64,000 nucleotides of DNA from a virus. Its lineage: Duplodnaviria > Heunggongvirae > Uroviricota > Caudoviricetes. Position numbers and translations under genes: made by a program. The DNA lies in the IMG/VR virus record IMGVR_UViG_3300025765_000001; one strand, 5' to 3'. Under the pieces are notes generated by a model. The model saw only the letters and a program-made list of their open reading frames with translations, ran no database searches and was not told the origin of the DNA. Positions 50,775-60,741 of the stretch are shown here, piece after piece (the stretch's first letter is position 1; each line of letters starts with the position of its first letter).

Positions 50775-51481
50775 GTGACACGTGGCTGCGGGTCATTAAC
50801 CCGCCGCCCGAACAGCATACGGGCAACTGGATCGCCAAGTACATCCACCTTGAGGACGGCAAGCAGGAGTTCGATCACGACGCCACGCCGGGCGAGACGC
50901 ATACCGGCGACGAGTGGGCCAAGCTGCGACCCGATATGTTCAAGGAACATCTTGATGGGGCTGTCGGCCCCAACAGCATCTACCATTCGAGGAGGGACAA
51001 GGTGGACAAGACAAAATTATTTCAGGCCGTGGTGACGGTTCAGGTCGAGGGCAAGGACTTCACCACGAGCGAACTGGCGAGCGTTCTGGAAAAGTGTGTC
51101 ACCGTGGACCTTCTCATCGAGGACGGCGAACACGCTTTCGGCGACGACGGCGAGAACGAGGTCCAGGGCGTTTGCCTGGATTGGGAAACACTGCGGCTTG
51201 CTGGCAAGCCGGTTCATCTGCTACTCAAGGACATCAAGTGGGACAGCGACGGGATGCGGCCTGTCGAGGACTGCCTGTTGCCGCTCAACGTCCTGGCCCT
51301 CAACGCCCCTGCGAATTGGGATACGAAGGAGTATCGGGAAGCTCTGGCCGATGAGATCAGCAAGGTTTACGGCTTCCTGCATTACGGCTTCGAGATTGTG
51401 CCACACACGCCGGACAGTAAGGGCAAGCGGAACAATCCCCCGTTCCTGGCGGTGATGGAAGCTCCTGAACTGCCTGAGTAG
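50771..51481 (+). CDS. Hypothetical protein
   Basis: ATGA-coupled 236-aa ORF. Confidence 0.7.
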   Translation: MSDTWLRVINPPPEQHTGNWIAKYIHLEDGKQEFDHDATPGETHTGDEWAKLRPDMFKEHLDGAVGPNSIYHSRRDKVDKTKLFQAVVTVQVEGKDFTTSELASVLEKCVTVDLLIEDGEHAFGDDGENEVQGVCLDWETLRLAGKPVHLLLKDIKWDSDGMRPVEDCLLPLNVLALNAPANWDTKEYREALADEISKVYGFLHYGFEIVPHTPDSKGKRNNPPFLAVMEAPELPE

Positions 51482-51528
51482 TGTAGTACAGGGCAGGGCG
51501 GACCAATAACACCCAACACGAGGAAGCC

Positions 51529-51804
51529 ATGAAGTTCAAAGAGATCAAAATGAAGCTGCCTCGCCACGATGCCGACGTGGTGATCGAGTTCCCTGGCGGT
51601 AAGACGTTGACGATCCAAGCACGGCCCAGCAATGCGGACGTGAACTACAACGGCTCGCTCGACATCATCCTGCCGGATAATCAGCACGTCACGAATTGGG
51701 AAGGTGACGACATGAAACCGGCTCGTGGCGTGCGGGGGCAGGCTTGCACTCGTATCGCAAAGCAACTGGTGACGGACCTTCCAGGGGATTACCATGACGA
51801 TTAG
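51529..51804 (+). CDS. Hypothetical protein
   Basis: Motif-preceded. Confidence 0.7.
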   Translation: MKFKEIKMKLPRHDADVVIEFPGGKTLTIQARPSNADVNYNGSLDIILPDNQHVTNWEGDDMKPARGVRGQACTRIAKQLVTDLPGDYHDD

Positions 51805-52061
51805 GGAACTGACCAGCCGCTCGTCTGTGGCCGAAGGTGTGTACGATGCCCTGGGCGAGTTGATGGAAACAGACGACGGTGAGCCAAACACCATCACCAG
51901 CGTTAGTGGCCGGTCGGATCGTACTGCGGCGTCAGCGAGCCGTAGGGATCATCCCACTGGTGACGAATCACCCGGTCGCTGCCAGCGAACTTGTTCAGTG
52001 CCTCTTCGACCTGGACCTCGGCCCAATAGTCGCCCGCATCAGAAACCAAGAGGACCAAGTG

Positions 52062-52379
52062 ATGAAGCCGACTTACGACGAACTACACGATGCCCTGGAT
52101 GCCCTAGTGCATGAACTAGAGGAGTGGGACGTTCCGCAAACGGATGAAGAGGGCGAGTTCGGTCCCGATACTGCATTGGGCCACGCTCAGGCCCTCTTGA
52201 AGCGAGTCGAGGAACCAAGCTACGCCTTCCAGGTGCGGGACGGGGCACTATACGAAGGCGAATTGCTCCTGAGCGAGTGGGACGACGGCGAGTTTGTGCC
52301 GAGCCGCAAACTGCTGGAAATGCCTTCCAGCTACCAGCAGCAGGCCGACGCCTACGCACGAACCAACGGGCCGAGCTAG
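52062..52379 (+). CDS. Acidic hypothetical protein (start MKPTYDEL)
   Basis: GAGGA RBS within ORF 51879..52379. Confidence 0.6.
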   Translation: MKPTYDELHDALDALVHELEEWDVPQTDEEGEFGPDTALGHAQALLKRVEEPSYAFQVRDGALYEGELLLSEWDDGEFVPSRKLLEMPSSYQQQADAYARTNGPS

Positions 52380-52434
52380 TTACGTCGTACAGGGAAGGGC
52401 GAGATAACTTTACCACCACACGAGGACACGAAAC

Positions 52435-52866
52435 ATGACATGGCATCTGAACGCTGGCCGCAAGCGGAAGAACCCTCGCCCGATCAGGGCCGAGCGGACT
52501 ATCAAACGGCTCATCGCTCTGGTGAAGGGCACGAACCTGTGTTACAATCCCGAAGGCAAGGCCGAGTTTCACGACAAGGCCAGCGGCATCCTGTACTCGC
52601 TGGCCCTGGCCCTAGGATACAACGCCGACCAATTCGAGGTCCGGCACAACCAGGGCGGCATCGCTGTGTCTGGCGAAGTGACGCTCCATTCCGATACGTT
52701 GTACGTCCAGCTATCGCAAACGGCTCTGGGACCGAATTACGGTTTCATGTGGCGGACGTGCAGGGGGCGGCGTGACTTCACTGGTGGGCCGAACCAGTGG
52801 GCCAAGTGGGAGGAACTGCTGGACGTGGACGCCCTGGCCCGCAAGATGCAGGCCCAGGTTGAGTGA
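52435..52866 (+). CDS. Mobile-element-type hypothetical protein
   Basis: VRHNQGGIAVSGEVTLH...RTCRGRRDFTGGPN; motif-preceded. Confidence 0.75.
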   Translation: MTWHLNAGRKRKNPRPIRAERTIKRLIALVKGTNLCYNPEGKAEFHDKASGILYSLALALGYNADQFEVRHNQGGIAVSGEVTLHSDTLYVQLSQTALGPNYGFMWRTCRGRRDFTGGPNQWAKWEELLDVDALARKMQAQVE

Positions 52867-53165
52867 TAAAAGACAACGGGCGGCTTTGCCGCCCGTTGTC
52901 TAGTCTTCCTGAGTTGAGTTGTACAGGGCGTTGTTGGAGAAGTACCCAGACGCCAGCCCTGGTGTGTTCAATGCCGAGTATTCGTCCGAGTGGGACGATC
53001 AACGAAATGCAAATACGATCCCACGCTCAAGCTGTGCTTCGACATCGAGGACAGCGGCGAGGCTCCTGACGGCACACTGACCGACGAGTGGGTCTGGTTC
53101 GCCGATGTTTAGTGGTACAGGACAGGACAGGGCGAGGCGAGAACAAGACACGAGGAACTAGACCG

Positions 53166-54188
53166 ATGCGACCCGCAAGCAACTACCTCAAGCTGGTGGA
53201 CGAGGGCAAGCTGCTGCCTTACGACGAGTACGACCATATCATCGTGAGCTACAGCGGCGGCAAGGATAGTCTGGCCCTGACCCTACTGGCGATTGAGGAT
53301 ATGCCGCTCGAAAAGGTCGAGCTTTGGCACCAGCACGTTGACGGCGAGCCGAGCCAGGACAACGGCCTGATGGACTGGCCTTGCACTCATGGTTACTGCA
53401 AGGCCACGGCTTCTGTGTTCGGTTTCCCGCTCTACTTCCAGTGGAAACACGGCGGGTTCCTGGGCGAAATGCTCCGAGAGAACAGCCGCACACAGGGCAT
53501 CAGCTATCAAGCGGTCGATGGCCGCACGATCTACCTGCCGCCCTCCGACCGTGGCAAGCTGGCGACCCGTCGCCTGTTCCCCCAGGTGTCGGCGGACCTG
53601 TCTGTGCGGTGGTGCAGTGCGTATCTCAAGATCGACGTGGCCCGGCGTGTCATCAACAACGACCCTCGCTTCGACAATGCGAAGGTGTTGTTCCTGACGG
53701 GCGAGCGTCGGCAGGAGTCCACGGCCCGCAGTAAGTACGCCGAGGTCGAAGAACACGCTTGCAGCGGCAAGCGGCGGCGTGTAGACCAGTGGCGTATGGT
53801 GATCGACTGGACCGAGGAAGATGTCTGGAACATCATCAAGACTCATCATGTTGTGCCACACCCAGCGTATCGGCTGGGTTGGGGCCGGGTGAGTTGCATG
53901 GCCTGCATCTTCGGCGATGCGGACCAGTGGGCCAGCGTGCGGAGGATCGCACAAGAGCGGTTCAACAGGATCGCCGCCTATGAAACCGAGTTCGGCAAGA
54001 CCATCAAGAAGGGCCTGACCGTGCTGCAACAGGCCGACAAGGGCCAGTCCTTCGTTGATGATGCACCGGAATGGCTCATCAAGCTGGCGATGAGTCCGAA
54101 CTACCCGACCGGTCAAGTGTTCTTCTCGCACGGCCAGCCGTGGGAGTTGCCTGCGGGAGCGTACAAGCGGTGCGGTGGACCGAGCTAA
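53166..54188 (+). CDS. PAPS-reductase-family (PP-loop) protein
   Basis: SYSGGKDS, RWCSAYLK, GERRQES..RS, HPAY..GWGRVSC..C. Confidence 0.88.
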   Translation: MRPASNYLKLVDEGKLLPYDEYDHIIVSYSGGKDSLALTLLAIEDMPLEKVELWHQHVDGEPSQDNGLMDWPCTHGYCKATASVFGFPLYFQWKHGGFLGEMLRENSRTQGISYQAVDGRTIYLPPSDRGKLATRRLFPQVSADLSVRWCSAYLKIDVARRVINNDPRFDNAKVLFLTGERRQESTARSKYAEVEEHACSGKRRRVDQWRMVIDWTEEDVWNIIKTHHVVPHPAYRLGWGRVSCMACIFGDADQWASVRRIAQERFNRIAAYETEFGKTIKKGLTVLQQADKGQSFVDDAPEWLIKLAMSPNYPTGQVFFSHGQPWELPAGAYKRCGGPS

Positions 54189-54192
54189 CAAA

Positions 54193-54221
54193 AGCACCCT
54201 GGGCCTTCGGCCCAGGGTGCT
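54193..54221 (+). terminator. Hairpin after PAPS-reductase-like gene
   Basis: AGCACCCTGGGCC-TTCG-GCCCAGGGTGCT. Confidence 0.6.
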
Positions 54222-54282
54222 AGATCATCCTAGTTGTGTTGTACAGGACAGGGCGACGAGAACCCAAACACGAGGTATACCG

Positions 54283-54708
54283 ATGACCCCTGAGCAGATC
54301 AAGACCAAGTATGAACCCCGCATCCTCGTCATCCTCAACGCAATGCGGACGGCGTTGAATGAGGCGGGCCACAACTGCGGCGAGTCGTTTGACATGAGTT
54401 CGGACGACTACCGCTGGTCCATGATCATCAATGGCGATGATGGCAGCAACGGCATCAACATCAGCTTCATCATCGCCGAGAGTGAGTATTGGGACGGCGA
54501 GGAAAACGGCGTCAACTTTATGGTGGACGTGGTTGAGTTCGGCGGTCGCATGTTGGGAGGGCTGTGCCCGTACAACTACAGCAACAAGGTATGGGTCAGC
54601 CGTGATGATGAGGACGCTATCGAAGAGCGGTTCCGCATCTTCGAGCAGGCCGACCCCGCCGACATCATCAAATGCGTGGAACAGTCGGACATTTGCCCAT
54701 CGGCCTAA
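54283..54708 (+). CDS. Acidic hypothetical protein
   Basis: Motif-preceded. Confidence 0.7.
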   Translation: MTPEQIKTKYEPRILVILNAMRTALNEAGHNCGESFDMSSDDYRWSMIINGDDGSNGINISFIIAESEYWDGEENGVNFMVDVVEFGGRMLGGLCPYNYSNKVWVSRDDEDAIEERFRIFEQADPADIIKCVEQSDICPSA

Positions 54709-55000
54709 GTCTGCGGTGAAGGCTCAACCCAATGAGGTAGGCCAGAGCGGATGGGAACAGCCCCAGGGCGAAAGCCCTGGGGCTGGCCGGTATACCAGGA
54801 GTTGTGTTGTACAGGGAAGGGCGAGGAACGAACCAACACGAGGACCAACCATGTCAGTCAAGATGCGTCAGCACGTCGAGGCAACCCGTTGTCTACAACG
54901 CTGACACCCATGCTCAACGTCCTGGTCTATGAGTGGTTTCCAGACTGGTGAGGTTGCGTAGTACAGGCGAGGGCGAGACACCTAACACGAGGACCAGACC

Positions 55001-55159
55001 ATGTGGGAAAACGCTTCCTATGAAACCAAGCTACGGATTCTCGAAGCCGAGTCCACGGTGATGATCGGCCTGCTGCTTGAGGATGTCACACTCGTTGACA
55101 TGATCCGGCGTGGTGAATCGCAGGCCGCTTGCCTGAACTACATCAACGAGAACTGGTAG
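55001..55159 (+). CDS. 52-aa hypothetical protein (not in ORF track)
   Basis: Motif plus CACGAGGAC; MWENASYETK...YINENW*. Confidence 0.65.
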   Translation: MWENASYETKLRILEAESTVMIGLLLEDVTLVDMIRRGESQAACLNYINENW

Positions 55160-55206
55160 AGTTGTGACGTACAAGGCAAATCAACCTATCACGAGGAACC
55201 AAGACC

Positions 55207-55536
55207 ATGAGCGTCAAGATGCGTCAGTGTGTCGAGCGGATCATCGCCCGTCGTGTTATTTTGGACCTGAAGGCGGCTGGCTTCCTGCTCAACATCAACA
55301 ACGGCGGGGATGACTATGAACTTCCCCGGCCCACGAATAACATCAAGGAATTGCTGGCGGCGATGTTCGCCACGGACGATGAGCGGCTGTACGTCTTCCG
55401 GCCCGGCCAGGAAAAACCCTTCGCCTGGGTGTGGTTCGTGTACGGAAATGATGGGTGGGACGTGGTGAGCGACTACACCACCAATATCGACGCCTACATG
55501 AAGGGGGCCAGCGAGTTAGCCAACAAGTACAGCTAA
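55207..55536 (+). CDS. Phage-type hypothetical protein
   Basis: WVWFVYGNDGWDVVSDYTT; motif-preceded. Confidence 0.75.
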   Translation: MSVKMRQCVERIIARRVILDLKAAGFLLNINNGGDDYELPRPTNNIKELLAAMFATDDERLYVFRPGQEKPFAWVWFVYGNDGWDVVSDYTTNIDAYMKGASELANKYS

Positions 55537-55667
55537 GATACGTCGTACAGGGCAACCCGTTGTCTACAACGCCGACACGTCCTGGTCTATGAGTGGTTTC
55601 CAGACTGGTGAGGTTGTGTAGTACAAGGCAGGGCGAGGCGGAAACGAACCCCAATACGAGGATGACC

Positions 55668-56300
55668 ATGAAGAAGCTCATCGTTCGGATCGAACACGAC
55701 AGCGACATTGAGAACCCCTGCGAGAACGGCGATAACCAGTGGACGCTGTATAGCTTCTGCTCTCGCCATGTCAACTTCAAGCATCCCGATGACCTAGGCG
55801 TGACCGTGGGCCGCAATCACGTCGAGAAGGTCAGCAACCGCACGCTCAAGCGTCGGCTCGAATGTGGGCACGCCTTCTGGCTGGGATACTTCGAGCATGG
55901 ACAGTCCTGCTGGTTCAGGACCAATACCCCGCCCGTTGGAGTTGAGTTCCAGTGGGACGGCGTTCGCTATGCTGGCCTGCTGGTCTGGGAACACAAGCCG
56001 TCCGAAATGGGAGCCAAGACCTATGAGGACCGGGCCAAGGACGCCGACCTTTTCCTGCGAGTCTATACGTCCTGGGCCAATGGCGAAGGGCTGTACTACG
56101 TCATCGAAGATGAGGACGGCGAGCATGTCGATTCGTGCGGCGGCTTCTACGGCTGCGATTCGGACTACATGCTGCGAGAAATGGCCCATGAATTGATCGG
56201 CCACGAGTTCGAGGTCCAAGGCTATGCAGACTACCTGGAAGATGATCTGCGATCCATCGTTCGAGAACTGGAAGCCAAGCAGGAAACGACAACGGCCTAA
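55668..56300 (+). CDS. Phage-type hypothetical protein
   Basis: WANGE..Y..IEDEDGEHVDSCGGFYG; motif-preceded. Confidence 0.75.
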   Translation: MKKLIVRIEHDSDIENPCENGDNQWTLYSFCSRHVNFKHPDDLGVTVGRNHVEKVSNRTLKRRLECGHAFWLGYFEHGQSCWFRTNTPPVGVEFQWDGVRYAGLLVWEHKPSEMGAKTYEDRAKDADLFLRVYTSWANGEGLYYVIEDEDGEHVDSCGGFYGCDSDYMLREMAHELIGHEFEVQGYADYLEDDLRSIVRELEAKQETTTA

Positions 56301-56556
56301 CATGGCCGGGCTGCACCCGCCGCAAGGCGGGTGCAGCTAGATCATCTAAGTTGTGTTGTACAGGGCAGGGCGAGATGGATGACATGACCGTCACTGGCGA
56401 CGAGATGGAGAGCGAACGCACTACCGATGCATAAGGTGTGCGTGTCGAACATTACTTGCAATCTACAACCGTGGTGATTTTCTAGTGCGAATCTAAATCG
56501 GTCTAGTTGTGTTGTACTAGAGAGGACGGAATCTCACAAGCACGAGGACCAGGACC

Positions 56557-56925
56557 ATGAGCGTCGATGCTGTCGAGGAAATGCCGCACGGCAACCGTAT
56601 CGTCAATGCCTTCGAGCGTAAAAAGGCCGAGATCGCCAAGCGAATCAAGGACGGCCTGACCACGGCGGAAAAGGTCGAGATCGCCCGCAAGAGCCTAGAC
56701 ATGAACCTGGAGGAATATATCTCGCTCCAAGAAGTCAAGTCCCTGGCCGTCGCAATGGAACTGCTCACCGTCGATGAGGGCCAGTCCATCTATGCGGCCC
56801 TTGAGGGCGGCATCGAGATATTCAACCGCCAGCCGGTCCATATCAAGCACGTCATCAACGGCTTGCACGTTCAGCTTCTCATCTGGAAGCGTGCAGGCTG
56901 CCCGGTCCCGAAGAAGAAAGACTAG
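56557..56925 (+). CDS. Hypothetical protein
   Basis: Motif-preceded. Confidence 0.7.
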   Translation: MSVDAVEEMPHGNRIVNAFERKKAEIAKRIKDGLTTAEKVEIARKSLDMNLEEYISLQEVKSLAVAMELLTVDEGQSIYAALEGGIEIFNRQPVHIKHVINGLHVQLLIWKRAGCPVPKKKD

Positions 56926-56981
56926 GCCAGTTGTGTAGTACATGAGAAGGCGGATCAGTCACCTAATCAGGAGTTAGACTA

Positions 56982-57539
56982 ATGGCGACCATCACTCGTG
57001 ACGAACTGGAAACCATGCTTCGAGGTCTGGACCGCCCTCTCATCGCTACCCTGCTCACCGACGTTGAGCCGGAAATGGTGAAGAAGGATCGGGAAACCAA
57101 AGAGCCGAACCCCTACCTGGGCCGTGTCCGCAAGCAGTCCAGGGTCAACGGTATCATCGGTGCGTGGAACTACACGAACGCCGTCAACAACCAGCGGATG
57201 CGTGAGTCCGACGCCGAAACCGTGGAAGAGGTCGAGGCCGTGCCGATCTTCGAGGCACTGCCGAGAGCCTGGGGCGAACGGCTGACCGGAACTGCCCTGG
57301 TCCACCACAAGGGCCAGTATTACGTCGAGGTCAAGGTCGAGCGGGCTATCGAAACGGTCTACATGATCGACGGCAGACCGGCGAGCGAGGCCGAGGTCGA
57401 GGCCATCCGGCGATACCTGCCCAAGCGTGAAAACGAAGGGCAGCGGCAAGAGGTCGAGAAAATCGTGGTCCTTCGTGATTACAAGCTCGACTCCATCAAG
57501 GCCGTGCGTGTCGGCGGCGAACAGTATGACGTGAACTAA
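56982..57539 (+). CDS. Phage-type hypothetical protein
   Basis: NPY.G...YTNAVNNQ...WG...HKGQYY; AGGAG RBS. Confidence 0.75.
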   Translation: MATITRDELETMLRGLDRPLIATLLTDVEPEMVKKDRETKEPNPYLGRVRKQSRVNGIIGAWNYTNAVNNQRMRESDAETVEEVEAVPIFEALPRAWGERLTGTALVHHKGQYYVEVKVERAIETVYMIDGRPASEAEVEAIRRYLPKRENEGQRQEVEKIVVLRDYKLDSIKAVRVGGEQYDVN

Positions 57540-57644
57540 TCACAGGTTAGGCGGGCCATACGGCCCGCCTAACCTAGATCGGCTGTGTTCAGTTGTACGA
57601 GTGAGGGCGAGGTCGGAAGCGATAGCTCTAACCACGAGGTGACC

Positions 57645-57851
57645 ATGCACGCCAAGAAGGACAAGTACGACGGCTCAGGATACTACGAACTGCGGCACGA
57701 AAGCCGCTTGCTCAAGCGGGGAAATTATACCTACTGCGTTGCAGCCCTGCAATCGGTTTGCGGTTACTCCATCGAACGGGCTGCGGTCGAAGGCTACACC
57801 ATCCTGCCCATCGCCATGAACTGCTTGACCGGCGAGAACAAGATCGGCTAG
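57645..57851 (+). CDS. Hypothetical protein
   Basis: Motif-preceded. Confidence 0.65.
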   Translation: MHAKKDKYDGSGYYELRHESRLLKRGNYTYCVAALQSVCGYSIERAAVEGYTILPIAMNCLTGENKIG

Positions 57852-57913
57852 TGAGGTTGTGTTGTACAGGGCAGGGCGAGGCGAATGACAAAACTATTCC
57901 GCACGAGGTCAAC

Positions 57914-58174
57914 ATGACTGACAAAACCAAGACCGAGGTTCGGCTGACTTCTACCCCCTGGATCAACACGCCCGGCGTGCTGCGATGGACAATCAACGGC
58001 TACAAGTTCAAGAAGAACCGCAAGGCCATGCGGTGGATTCTCACCAAGGGCTACAACCTGACCGATGAGGTTGCGGACGGCCTGCTCAGCGGCAAGATTC
58101 CGCACCGCATCGAGGGCGAGGACGTGGTTTTCGAGGTCGAGGACGAGTACAAGCGGGCTGCCGTTGTTATGTAG
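57914..58174 (+). CDS. Hypothetical protein
   Basis: Motif-preceded; stop in next motif. Confidence 0.7.
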   Translation: MTDKTKTEVRLTSTPWINTPGVLRWTINGYKFKKNRKAMRWILTKGYNLTDEVADGLLSGKIPHRIEGEDVVFEVEDEYKRAAVVM

Positions 58175-58220
58175 TACAGGACAGGGCGAGTAAGACAACA
58201 AACCCAAACCGAGGTAAAAC

Positions 58221-58799
58221 ATGAACACGATCAAGCGAACCCTGAACCTAGGCAAGATCGCCCTGACCGGCAAGACCAAGCGAAACGAAGTCAGCCTTGA
58301 GCTTACCATCGGCACCGAGGGCACTGCAAGCGTTCAACGTGATTGGGATACTCTCGCCGAGGTCAAGGGCGGTGTGCGTATCTCCATCTGCGGCCACGTC
58401 TGGAACGCAACTACCCGCACCAAGTTGGCGACGGGCGGGCAGATCATCGACGTTATCTGCACCTACTTCGACCACGATAGGCGGGTCATGCGGATTTGTG
58501 CCCTCTGGGACCGCTGGCACCTAAACGACATGAAGGCCGGGACCAGAGTACAGACTGCCTACCTGGACGGCTACAAGGCGGCTCTGTTCAACGCCGGATC
58601 GGTCCTCAAGGGGGCCGAGGCCGTGGCCCAGGTCGAGACGTTCCGCCGTCTGTTCCAAACGAACTACCATAAGACCGCAAGCGGCATCCTCAAAGCCGCT
58701 GGCCTGCTGGTGGACCGGGGCTATAAGTACGGGTCTGCGTGGCTGATCGAACAGCCCCCGGCCCAGGTCATCGAAGAACTACAGGAGTTGTTCAGCTAA
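58221..58799 (+). CDS. Phage-type hypothetical protein
   Basis: GGQ...WDRWHLNDMKAG...GYKYGSAWL. Confidence 0.75.
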   Translation: MNTIKRTLNLGKIALTGKTKRNEVSLELTIGTEGTASVQRDWDTLAEVKGGVRISICGHVWNATTRTKLATGGQIIDVICTYFDHDRRVMRICALWDRWHLNDMKAGTRVQTAYLDGYKAALFNAGSVLKGAEAVAQVETFRRLFQTNYHKTASGILKAAGLLVDRGYKYGSAWLIEQPPAQVIEELQELFS

Positions 58800-58911
58800 C
58801 ACCTAGAGGCCCGCCCCTACGGGGCGGGCCTCAGTTGACCGACTGTGTTGAGTAGTACAGAGCAGGGCGACCAAGCAAACCATGTTGCAAGGACTACCAT
58901 GAACGCCGATC
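58765..58911. repeat. Source copy of the 147-bp inverted repeat
   Basis: Matches reverse complement of 30846-30992. Confidence 0.95.
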
Positions 58912-59069
58912 GTGCGAAAGACAAGGCTCGAACCCTGGCCCGCAAGCAGGCCCGCAAACAGAAGCAGGACGGCTGGTTACCCATCACCCAGCAGCGGCCC
59001 ATGAAGCACGACCGGCCTCGCAAGGCACCGAAGGGCTGGGAATACGTCGAAACCAGCGTGGAGGATTAG
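58899..59069 (+). CDS. Small basic protein
   Basis: Motif-preceded. Confidence 0.6.
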   Translation: MNADRAKDKARTLARKQARKQKQDGWLPITQQRPMKHDRPRKAPKGWEYVETSVED

Positions 59070-59124
59070 TCTAGTTGGGTCGTACAGGCGAGGGTGAGCA
59101 ACGAAACCCCAAGGAGCTAGTCCC

Positions 59125-59397
59125 ATGACCAAGACTGTGCTTGCGTTCCTGGCGGATGGCGGCGACGGCAAGGCCCTGGTGGGCCGTCAGGTCAACTTCG
59201 TTCATTGCAGCGGCAATACCAAGACGGCCCGCCTGGAGTCGGTCAACGACAACGGCACGGCTACCATTCGCTACAACGGGCGAACCGATGCGGACTGGTA
59301 TTTGCCCTTCGCCCTGCCCCTGGGCGAGTTGACCCTGGAGCTAGGGGCCGATGAACTGCCCCCGTACTATGACGCCAGACCGCTCACCCAACGGTGA
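59125..59397 (+). CDS. Hypothetical protein
   Basis: Motif plus AAGGAG RBS. Confidence 0.7.
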   Translation: MTKTVLAFLADGGDGKALVGRQVNFVHCSGNTKTARLESVNDNGTATIRYNGRTDADWYLPFALPLGELTLELGADELPPYYDARPLTQR

Positions 59398-59491
59398 GCG
59401 GTGGGCCGGGACTAGTCCCGGTCCTAAACCGGGTGAGTTGAGTAGTACGACTGAAGGCGAGGAACGATCACCCCGAACTGAGGACAACGCA

Positions 59492-59851
59492 ATGCACCCG
59501 AAGCTCAGCAAGCTCACCCGCCTGGGAAACAGCGTCTCTGTGTTCGTGCCTTCGCTTATCCACGCCACGGAGAACGACGGTGGAGCCAAGCAGAAGGAAT
59601 GGACCGACCGGCTCATGGTGGAACAGGCCAAGATGTTCGGCGGCGTCTCGGTCTACACCGTCGAAGGCGGCTGGTGGTCCGGCACGCATGGCTTGATTCG
59701 TGAAGGTGTCAAGGTGGTCCAGAGCATGGCTTCCGATGCCGACCTGGACGCCCATATCAAAACCGTCATCGGTCTGGCTGAACGAATGAAGGCTGACATG
59801 AGCCAGGAAGCGGTCTCGGTCATGGTCAACGGCGAAATGTATCTGGTCTGA
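59492..59851 (+). CDS. DUF3574-like / possible SAM-lyase-fold protein
   Basis: FGG.....GGW...LIRE...MK..MSQEAVSV.VNGEMYLV pattern, recalled not searched. Confidence 0.5.
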   Translation: MHPKLSKLTRLGNSVSVFVPSLIHATENDGGAKQKEWTDRLMVEQAKMFGGVSVYTVEGGWWSGTHGLIREGVKVVQSMASDADLDAHIKTVIGLAERMKADMSQEAVSVMVNGEMYLV

Positions 59852-60231
59852 CCAGAGCGACCGGCCCATAGGCCGGTCGCAATTTGCACCAGTCCGTGTA
59901 CAACGCATCTCACCAGGTCAAGAACAGGAGCGGGACAGCTAGCAATTTTATTTCGCCCACCTGTGTTGAGTTGTACGGGGGCGGGTGAAGGCCGAAACAA
60001 CCAGTCGAACCGAGGGCATCGCAATGCGGCGTCTCTTCTCCCACGGGCGGCGTAAGCTGTTCGGCAAACCCGTCTGGAGCAGCGGCTTGACGAACTGATT
60101 GCCGACCGCAAACGGATCACCCAACACCAACACCATCTGGGCGAGGCTGAGATCGAGCGGCGTATCCGGGGCTGATCTAGTTGTGTAGTACATGCAAGGG
60201 CGAAGTCGGAAGCATCCTCAGAGTGTGTCTC

Positions 60232-60438
60232 ATGAAGCTGGCTGACCTGGGCAACTGCAAGACCGGCTACTGGGTCGGGGTCCAGACCGGCAAGAAGGTC
60301 GTAGCTGTCTCGCCCGTCTTCACCTACAAGCAGCAGGCCGAGGCATGGAACGACCAGCAGAATCTCCCTAGCCGTGCCCTGGCATGGACGTACAAGGAAG
60401 CGGCCCGCTCCAGCGGGCCGCTTCGATCGGCACCCTGA
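60232..60438 (+). CDS. Hypothetical protein
   Basis: Motif-preceded. Confidence 0.55.
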   Translation: MKLADLGNCKTGYWVGVQTGKKVVAVSPVFTYKQQAEAWNDQQNLPSRALAWTYKEAARSSGPLRSAP

Positions 60439-60474
60439 GTTAAGTAGTACAGGGTAGGGCGAGGAGGACAAAAC

Positions 60475-60705
60475 ATGATCCCGTTCCTGCTGGCTCTGCT
60501 GTTCCTGGCTTCCCCTGGCTTGATGGCCTTGCTCGCTGGCGGGCTGTCGTATTACGGCTATCGCCGTCACACGGTCCTGGGCGAGTGGTCCTGGGATGCC
60601 TTCGGCGATGGGCTGGTGATGTTCGCTGCCGTCTGGCTCGGTGCTGGTTGGCTGCTTTGCCCCGCTCATCTACATGAGCGGGGCGTGATGAGTAGTACAG
60701 TGTAG
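60475..60705 (+). CDS. Small membrane protein
   Basis: Two hydrophobic segments, GAGGA RBS. Confidence 0.65.
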   Translation: MIPFLLALLFLASPGLMALLAGGLSYYGYRRHTVLGEWSWDAFGDGLVMFAAVWLGAGWLLCPAHLHERGVMSSTV

Positions 60706-60741
60706 GGCGAAGTGGACGACACACAACCCAAACCGAGGACG

